Positions 58,206 to 64,000 of a stretch of 64,000 nucleotides of DNA are shown in pieces. The notes under the pieces were generated by a model. The model did not search any database. It worked only from the letters and a program-made list of their open reading frames with translations, and had not been told where the DNA came from. The DNA comes from Vicinamibacterales bacterium (GTDB lineage: Bacteria > Acidobacteriota > Vicinamibacteria > Vicinamibacterales > 2-12-FULL-66-21). Each line of letters starts with the position of its first letter. Within the stretch, counting starts at the first letter, position 1. Both the position numbers and the translations under genes were made by a program. The stretch covers positions 1,039-65,038 of the forward strand of contig DASTBU010000126.1 in NCBI GenBank assembly GCA_035711845.1, written 5' to 3'.

Positions 58206-58789
58206 GCCTCGCCTCCGGGCTCCGGCGGTCGGGTGCCCGGCTCCAGGTGCGCCCTCAGCCATGCGCGCGCCTTGAACCACTCCCGCTGAACGGTTCGAAC
58301 GGAGCTGTCGAGCGCGTCGGCCGTCTCCTGCTCGTTGAGGCCCGCGAAGTAGCGGCACTCGACGACCCGCACCATGCGCGGGTCGATCTCTTCGAGGCGC
58401 TTCAGCGCCTGATCGATGGCCAGGATCTGATCCAGGTCGTGCGGTCGCGCCTCCGGCGCTTCGAGCAGCGTGACGGGAAGCTCGCCGCCCCCTCGCTTCC
58501 GTCGTCCATGATGCCGGGCGCGATCGACCACGATCTGGCGCATCGCCAAAGCGGCCACCGCAAAGAAATGCCGGCGGTCGTTCCAGGTGGCCCGGCGCTG
58601 ATCGATGAGTTTCACGTACGCTTCGTGCACCAGCGCGCCCGTGTCAAGGCTCGCGCCGCGCGTGGTGCGCCGCATCTGCGAGCGGGCGAGGCGCTTGAGG
58701 TCCTCGTACACCAAAGGCACGAGGTCCGAGAGTGCCTCGGGCCCGCTTCCGCGGTGTGCCTGCAGCAGTTGGGTGATGTCTCCCGGCAT
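58202..58789 (-). CDS. ECF sigma factor of the kinase-associated type (TIGR02999 / ECF43-like)
   Basis: ATG at 58789 (MPGDITQLLQAHRGSGPEALSDLVPLVYEDLKRLA). ALVHEAYVKL. Region 4 is VECRYFAGLNEQETADALDSSVRTVQREW. Confidence 0.85.
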   Translation of the reverse strand: MPGDITQLLQAHRGSGPEALSDLVPLVYEDLKRLARSQMRRTTRGASLDTGALVHEAYVKLIDQRRATWNDRRHFFAVAALAMRQIVVDRARHHGRRKRGGGELPVTLLEAPEARPHDLDQILAIDQALKRLEEIDPRMVRVVECRYFAGLNEQETADALDSSVRTVQREWFKARAWLRAHLEPGTRPPEPGGEA

Positions 58790-58944
58790 GAGTTCGCGCC
58801 TGGGTGCCAGAAACCGGCCTGCACGGTCACATGGCGTGATCGGCGGCTGTTTGACGGGTGAGCAAGATGAGCCGGCCACTTCGATGGTAACGCCGAGAGC
58901 CGGGTTGCGCCAAGCATGAGCCGGCCCGAGACGAGACCGTCGCG

Positions 58945-59648
58945 ATGCTTAAAACACGCCTGAATCCACGCGATCTTGTCGCGGCACTCGAGGCCAACCC
59001 CGTGTTGACCAGTGGCGTGGCCGACCGCTTCCTCGGCTACGGCGTCATGGGTGTGTATTTCCCGTCCGGCGACCTGCTGGCGCCCGGAGGTTCGCGGCCA
59101 CGACGGTCGGACCAGGCTACGTGTCGGTCTGGCACCGGGATCGCACCGGCAGGTGGGCTTTCTATCAGGACACGCTGCCGCACCAGGCGTGCACCCGGTA
59201 TTTCGGCGCCGGAATCGATGCGGCCTACGTCTCTCCGATCGGAATCGTGTGGGGCGGCGCGTTCAGCTTCAACGTCATCGTCTGTCACGGTCGCGGGCTC
59301 GAGTGGCGAGTGGATCTCTCCCGGAGCGGCGCAACGACCCTCCTCACCGCCCTGACCGTCCGCCTCCCGAGGCAGATCTGGCGCAGCCGCACTCTCGTGC
59401 GCGGCTTCTCAGCGCTGGCCCGTGCCGCGCCGGGGGCGGGCCGGTTCCGCCTCGAGGGCCTGACTCCGAACACCCAGCGATTCGTTGCCCGTCCCGTCAG
59501 CCTGTGGCGCGTGTCGTCGAGCCGCGCGGTGATTGGCGGTCGCGATGCCGGCGAAGCAATCGTGCCCGCCGAGCAGGTGCGACTGGGCGATTTCTGGATT
59601 CCGACCCGTGGTCTCTTTGCGCTGCTGGACGTCGAGATGAGTCGATGA
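58945..59648 (+). pseudogene. Hypothetical gene interrupted by an apparent 1-nt frameshift near 59083
   Basis: Frame A (from 58945) reads MLKTRLNPRDLVAALEANPVLTSGVADRFLGYGVMGVYFPSGDLLA and then turns into Arg/Ser-rich nonsense. Frame B reads RRFAATTVGPGYVSVWHRDRTGRWAFYQD... cleanly through to the stop at 59648. The junction lies in GCGCCCGG. Confidence 0.45.
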
Positions 59649-59693
59649 AGTAGGTGGGGCGGACAGGCCGCGCGGGACGTATATACTGCGGTC

Positions 59694-60317
59694 ATGCGTC
59701 GCTTAGGAGTTCTCCTCACCGTATGCATGCTGACCGGCTCAGCGCCGATCGACTCGCAGCGCCGTCAACCGGCGCGGAAGCCGTCAGCGAAGATCGAGCC
59801 GGCCCAGGTCACGTGCCCTGAGTCGCTTGGCGTCGGAGTGAAGACCAAGGCCACCTACTGTTTCGTCCTGGCGGGGCGCGACCCGGCCGAAGGGGTCCTG
59901 ATCAAAATTCCGCCGCACTCCGGCCAGGCGACTCTTCTGTTCGATCTGCACAACCGGCACACGTACTCCGAGAGCGAGGTCAAGGCGGGCAGAGGGTTTG
60001 CCAGCTATGCAGCCATCATCGGGGCGCTCACGATGAAGGGCGATCTGCTCGGCCGAGGCGCCGTGCAGTCTGAGTTCCGAGGCGCAGGCGATTTGTTCGA
60101 GCGGATTGGCGGCGGCGCCGGTCCTGGCGGCACCAAAGCAGTCGCACCGCTCGGCTGCGCAGAGGTGAGCATCCCGATCCCGGCGACTGTCGATCAGGTG
60201 AGCCTCCTGGGAGAGATCCTCGAGGGAACGACTCCTGCCGGACCGGAGGTCGCAAGCCCCGGCCGCCCGGTTGCTCTCGTGAGCAACATCCGAATCGAGT
60301 ACACGCCGCGGCGGTGA
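59694..60317 (+). CDS. Secreted hypothetical protein
   Basis: 207 aa with signal peptide MRRLGVLLTVCMLTGSA. I recognise no family. Confidence 0.55.
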   Translation: MRRLGVLLTVCMLTGSAPIDSQRRQPARKPSAKIEPAQVTCPESLGVGVKTKATYCFVLAGRDPAEGVLIKIPPHSGQATLLFDLHNRHTYSESEVKAGRGFASYAAIIGALTMKGDLLGRGAVQSEFRGAGDLFERIGGGAGPGGTKAVAPLGCAEVSIPIPATVDQVSLLGEILEGTTPAGPEVASPGRPVALVSNIRIEYTPRR

Positions 60318-60332
60318 GGCCGCGGTCCGGGC

Positions 60333-60402
60333 CCACGACTACCACGATGAGTGTGGAACGATTTCATCGGTCCATCGTGTCATCCAATCATCGTGTGACG
60401 CC
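60333..60402. repeat. CACGATG / CATCGTG-family repeat element (same family as 19893-20020)
   Basis: CCACGAC TACCACG ATGAGTG ... TTTCATC GGTCCAT CGTGTCA TCCAATC ATCGTGT. CACGATGA (60343-50) pairs with TCATCGTG (60389-96). Confidence 0.7.
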
Positions 60403-60464
60403 GTGGCGTATGCCTCGGGATCGCCGCGATGTCCGGCCGCTCGGCCGGCTGCTATGATGGCTGG

Positions 60465-61484
60465 ATGATCATTCGCGACGTCCTCATAGTCGGCGCCGGC
60501 CCGGCCGGGCTCGCAACCGCCATCGCCGCGACGAAGAGCGGCCTCACCTATCAGGTCATCGAAAAGGGCGCGCTCGTCAACTCACTGCTCCACTATCCCA
60601 CCGAGATGGTGTTCTTCACGACACCGGAGTTGATGGAGCTCGGCGGGATGCCGTTCGTCAGCCCCTACGACAAGCCGACGCGTCTCGAGGCGCTGCGGTA
60701 CTACCGCCGGATCACGGACGCGTTCGACCTCGATGTGCTGTTCGACGAAACCGTGGTCGCCATTATCCGCGAAACGGGTGTGCCAGACGACGAGGGAACG
60801 TTCCTCGTCGATACACGCTCGACCCGTGGTGTCCGGCGTTCGCTGCGGGGGCGCGCCGCCGTGATCGCGACGGGCGCGTACGACGTGGCGAACCTGATCG
60901 GCGTGCCCGGGGAAGATCTCCCGCACGTGTCGCACTATTACACCCAGCCGCACCCGTTCTACCGGAAGAACGTCGTCGTGGTGGGCGGCAAGAACTCCGC
61001 CGCCGAGGCGGCGCTCGAACTGTTCAGGGCCGGGGCGCGGGTGACCATGGTTCATCGCCAACCGGCGCTCGGCGAGTCCATTAAATACTGGGTGAAGCCG
61101 GACATCGAGAACCGCATCAAGGAAGGCTCGATCGCCGCCCGCTTCGAGACGCGCGTCGTGGAGATCCGGCCCACCAGCGTGCTGGTGGAGCGAGCGGGGG
61201 AGCAGAGCGAGTTCGACGCGGATGCGGTGTTCCTGCTGACCGGCTACAGCTCGGACACGACGCTTCTGCGTGCGGCGGGCGTGGACCTCGATCCCGAGAC
61301 CTGCGGCCCGGTGTTCGACCCGCAGACATTCGAAACCAATGTTCCCAATTTATACGTGGCGGGTGCGGTCGTTGCAGGCATCCAGAGCGGCAGGATCTTC
61401 ATCGAGAACGGGCGATTTCACGGCCAGCAGGTCATCGATGCGATCCTTGCGAGGCGCGGGGCTCGCGCATTGCAGAGTCGTTGA
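60465..61484 (+). CDS. ypdA: YpdA-family FAD/NAD(P)-binding disulfide reductase (putative bacillithiol-disulfide reductase)
   Basis: ATG at 60465 (MIIRDVLIVGAGPAGLATAI). GALVNSLLHYPTEMVFFTTPEL, VVVGGKNSAAEAALEL and YVAGAV. Confidence 0.75.
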   Translation: MIIRDVLIVGAGPAGLATAIAATKSGLTYQVIEKGALVNSLLHYPTEMVFFTTPELMELGGMPFVSPYDKPTRLEALRYYRRITDAFDLDVLFDETVVAIIRETGVPDDEGTFLVDTRSTRGVRRSLRGRAAVIATGAYDVANLIGVPGEDLPHVSHYYTQPHPFYRKNVVVVGGKNSAAEAALELFRAGARVTMVHRQPALGESIKYWVKPDIENRIKEGSIAARFETRVVEIRPTSVLVERAGEQSEFDADAVFLLTGYSSDTTLLRAAGVDLDPETCGPVFDPQTFETNVPNLYVAGAVVAGIQSGRIFIENGRFHGQQVIDAILARRGARALQSR

Positions 61485-61677
61485 GGGCGGATTGCAGATT
61501 CAAGCGGGGTTGCTGATTGTGAGGATGGCGATGTCATTCGGAGATCGGTAGCAGCTGTGTCAGGCAACCGGTGGTACAGCCGGCCGCCGAACCCCACGAA
61601 TGACCGAATGAAATCGACCCTCGTCAATCCGCAATCCCCACTCAATCTGCAATCTGCCCTCCACGATTCCGCAATGG
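61485..61677. repeat. Inverted heptamer element (GGATTGC/CAGATTC arm, then CAATCCG/CAATCTG arm; same family as 51820-52010 and 35147-35217)
   Basis: Left: CGGATTG CAGATTC AAGCGGG GTTGCTG ATTGTGA GGATGGC. Right: CGAATGA CCGAATG AAATCGA CCCTCGT CAATCCG CAATCCC CACTCAA TCTGCAA TCTGCCC. It lies between convergent genes. Confidence 0.8.
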
Positions 61678-61684
61678 GCGTCCT

Positions 61685-62353
61685 TCAGTGACTTCCCTCC
61701 CTCGTCCATTTGTGTTGCGCGACGATGACCTTCATCTCGAGCAGCTCGATGAGCGACCGGCAGCGCGAGAGCAGCGTGTCGCGCTCGAGGAGCGCCTGTT
61801 TTTCGACGGGCTCGAGCTCCAGGTACTGCGCGAGCGCGTTCACGAGATCTTCGTCAGGCATTGATGGCGGGACCTTCGGCTCCGCGCCACGGCCTTCCGG
61901 CTGCGGAACCAGCAGCGCCTCGAGGCGGCGGCGCGCCTCGCGCATCGCGGCGCGGTCTGCGTCGGTGCTCGACTCGAGGATGCTGTCGACCGTCGCGACG
62001 CGATAGCTCTGGCTCTCGCTCTCGTCGATCACCTTGAACTTCTCCAGCCCCCGCAGCACGATGTTGTACCGGCCGTCGTCGAGGCGCTCGGCGAACGTGA
62101 TGAGGCCCGCACAGCCGATCGGGTAGATCGGGGGCCGGCCCTCGTAGTTGGCTTCCCATCCCGCCCTCAGCAGCACCATGCCGATGATCCGGTCCCCTTC
62201 GAGCGCGTCGGCCACCATCGTCCGGTACCTGGGCTCGAAGATGTGCAGCGGCAGGAACACGTTCGGGAACAGCACCGCGTTGGGCAGTGGAAAGATCGGG
62301 ATCGTCGGTGGCAGGATAGGCGACATCCGGCTGGCGCCGTGCGAGAAGGCCAT
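61685..62353 (-). CDS. LON N-terminal (substrate-binding, PUA-like) domain protein
   Basis: 222 aa. IPIFPLPNAVLFPNVFLPLHIFEPRYRTMV is the hallmark start of the Lon N domain. There is no ATPase or protease part. Its ATG overlaps the VWA gene stop (ATGA). Confidence 0.75.
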   Translation of the reverse strand: MAFSHGASRMSPILPPTIPIFPLPNAVLFPNVFLPLHIFEPRYRTMVADALEGDRIIGMVLLRAGWEANYEGRPPIYPIGCAGLITFAERLDDGRYNIVLRGLEKFKVIDESESQSYRVATVDSILESSTDADRAAMREARRRLEALLVPQPEGRGAEPKVPPSMPDEDLVNALAQYLELEPVEKQALLERDTLLSRCRSLIELLEMKVIVAQHKWTREGSH

Positions 62354-63624
62354 CAGTGAATCGTCCGGGTCTTCTTGTCCATGTAGTCCATCAGCACGTA
62401 CTGACCGAGGGTCCGCGGCGTCGTGAAGTACGCCTTGCCGTGGCAGATTTGCGCCACCCGCCTGACGAAGCTCACCAGATCGTGGTCGCGCGCCAGCATG
62501 AACGTGTTGATCAGGATTCCCGCCTTCCTGCAGGCAGCCACCTCTGCGAACGTCTCGGAGACGATGAACGGATCGAGGCCGAAGGCGTTGCGATAGATTC
62601 GCCCGTCCGGGCGCGTGAGCGCCGACGGCTTGCCGTCGGTGATCATCACGATCTGCCGCATGTCCTTGCGCTCGCGTTCCAGGACCCGCCGGGCCAGCCG
62701 CAGGCCTTCTCGCGTGTTCGTGTAGTACGGACCGACGCGCACGCGCGCGAGCTGGGTCAGTGGAATCTCCTCCGCCGAGTCGTGGAAGAGGACCACCTTC
62801 AGCGCATCGCCCGGGTACTGGAGCCGAATCAGGTTCGCCAGCGCCAGCGCGACGCGTTTGGCAGGCGTGAAGCGATCCTCGCCGTAGAGGATCATGCTGT
62901 GGCTGCAGTCGAGCATCAGGACCGTCGCACAGGAGCTCTGGTACTCCCCCTGCACCACCATCAGGTCCTCGTAGTCGACCTCGATGCCGCTGGCGCCGAC
63001 CGTCTGCTGACGCATCACGGCATTGAGGATGGTGCTGCTGGCGTCGATGTTCATCGTGTCGCCGAACTCGTACTGCTTGGGCGCGCCGCTCGCTTCGATG
63101 CCCGTCGCCATCTCGCGCGTGTCGTGCCGTCCGATGCTGCTCTTGCCGATCGAGCCGAGGAGATCGCGAAGCGCGCGGTAGCCCAGGAAGTCGAGGCTCT
63201 TGTCGGTGATCTCGAACCGGACCTGACCTTCGTTGCCGCCCTGGCCGCTTCCGGACTGGGCGCGCTCCGCGCGCGCACCCTCCGTATCGGGCGCGGACGT
63301 CAGGTATCCCTGCTGCTGGAGCTTCTCGATGATCCGCTGAATCAGCTCGTCTATGCGCTCCTGACCGTCCTCAGCGTGCTGCCAGTCCTTGCCGAGGAGT
63401 TTCTCCAGCATCTCGTCGGAGAGCATGCCGCCGTTCAGCAGCGCCTCCAGGATCGCATCGTGGAGCGTCTGCATCGAATGGCCCGCGTCCTCGTCGTCGT
63501 AGGGCACGCCGTATGGGTTGTCGAAACCGCTCGAGAGCAACAGGTCCGACAGGCGCGACAGAAGATCCTCGAGGTCGATGCCGTCGAGATCCTCCGGGGT
63601 GAACTTCGAATAGCGATAGCGCAT
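62353..63624 (-). CDS. von Willebrand factor A (VWA) domain protein
   Basis: 423 aa. MIDAS motif in [10 protein letters not shown] (DxSxS), with MITDGKPS downstream. Acidic helical N-terminal half. Confidence 0.75.
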   Translation of the reverse strand: MRYRYSKFTPEDLDGIDLEDLLSRLSDLLLSSGFDNPYGVPYDDEDAGHSMQTLHDAILEALLNGGMLSDEMLEKLLGKDWQHAEDGQERIDELIQRIIEKLQQQGYLTSAPDTEGARAERAQSGSGQGGNEGQVRFEITDKSLDFLGYRALRDLLGSIGKSSIGRHDTREMATGIEASGAPKQYEFGDTMNIDASSTILNAVMRQQTVGASGIEVDYEDLMVVQGEYQSSCATVLMLDCSHSMILYGEDRFTPAKRVALALANLIRLQYPGDALKVVLFHDSAEEIPLTQLARVRVGPYYTNTREGLRLARRVLERERKDMRQIVMITDGKPSALTRPDGRIYRNAFGLDPFIVSETFAEVAACRKAGILINTFMLARDHDLVSFVRRVAQICHGKAYFTTPRTLGQYVLMDYMDKKTRTIH

Positions 63625-63636
63625 GCGGGCGTCCGG

Positions 63637-64000
63637 TCAGTTGTAGTACTTCTTCTTCGCGCCGGGCAATGGGAGCTCGCGGTCGATCAAGGTGTCGGCC
63701 GGCATCCCTCGTGGCGCGCGCCGGGGTGGCTCGCTGCCGTGGTATTTCCACTCGTCCGAGCGGCTGATCTTCTTCTGCGCGTACAGCCCCTCGAGGACGA
63801 AGTCGACAGAGGCGGCGACCATCGACGCCGGCGCCGCGTCTGTGGCTCCGGCCTGTGCGGCGAGCTCTCTGAGGCCCTGGACCGGCGCGGTCCGCTCGAG
63901 CACGGCGTCGGCCGGCAGCGTGTCGTCGATGTGCAGCGTGCCCCCGAGGTCGAACCAGTCGGTGACCTGCTTCAGATCGGCGTTCGCGAACCAGCCGCTG
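63637..64000 (-). CDS. 3' end of a gene continuing beyond the window; possibly the AAA+ (ChlI/MoxR-like) partner of the VWA protein
   Basis: The reading frame is open from the window edge (…SGWFANADLKQVTDWFDLGGTLHIDD…) to the stop at 63637. The functional guess rests only on the usual AAA+/VWA pairing. Confidence 0.35.
   Translation of the reverse strand, partial: SGWFANADLKQVTDWFDLGGTLHIDDTLPADAVLERTAPVQGLRELAAQAGATDAAPASMVAASVDFVLEGLYAQKKISRSDEWKYHGSEPPRRAPRGMPADTLIDRELPLPGAKKKYYN

Noticed and set aside
59012-59653. 213-aa ORF overlapping the frameshifted hypothetical gene
   Set aside because: Its composition (R, P, S, G runs) is typical of an off-frame translation. The other two frames carry the sensible sequence.

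Overview
High-GC (roughly 65-70 %) bacterial chromosomal window. It is densely coded, with about 60 protein genes and one tRNA. I saw no rRNA, CRISPR array or intact transposase. The gene content (ECF sigma plus Ser/Thr kinase with PD40 propeller, DUF4097, YpdA, many ECF modules) suggests an Acidobacteriota-like soil bacterium, but that is inference only. Most genes are housekeeping: ilvA; sppA; a ppiD-like chaperone; the elongasome operon mreB-mreC-mreD-mrdA-rodA followed by rng; a nucleoside salvage operon (deoA-nupC-punA-cdd) with mtnA; tsaD; yjbQ; gltS; a 2+2 ABC transporter; an aldehyde dehydrogenase / thiolase / 3-hydroxybutyryl-CoA dehydrogenase cluster; folE; ypdA. Two things stand out. 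(1) At 1537-7377 there is a sigma-less partner-switching operon: UrtA/AmiC-like binding protein, Cache-HAMP-PP2C phosphatase, RsbW-like kinase and STAS protein. It is headed by an NCS2 nucleobase permease whose 129-aa C-terminal tail aligns by eye along its whole length with the RsbW encoded downstream, but with degenerate ATP-binding motifs. This suggests the transporter is the output of the switch. (2) About 20 intergenic regions hold tandem arrays with a 7-nt period. Each locus uses its own heptamer, usually followed by the reverse-complement heptamer array, so long hairpins can form. Many arrays begin 0-10 nt after a stop codon or abut a start codon. Smaller observations: a trypsin-fold protein with two substituted catalytic-triad positions, next to decayed integrase and nucleotidyltransferase fragments and tRNA-Leu; an ECF sigma translationally coupled to a Ser/Thr kinase-PD40 protein; a frameshifted hypothetical gene; apparent leaderless promoters; a GAF-GGDEF gene fused to the front of the mreB operon. 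All functional calls come from motif recognition by eye. No database search was possible.
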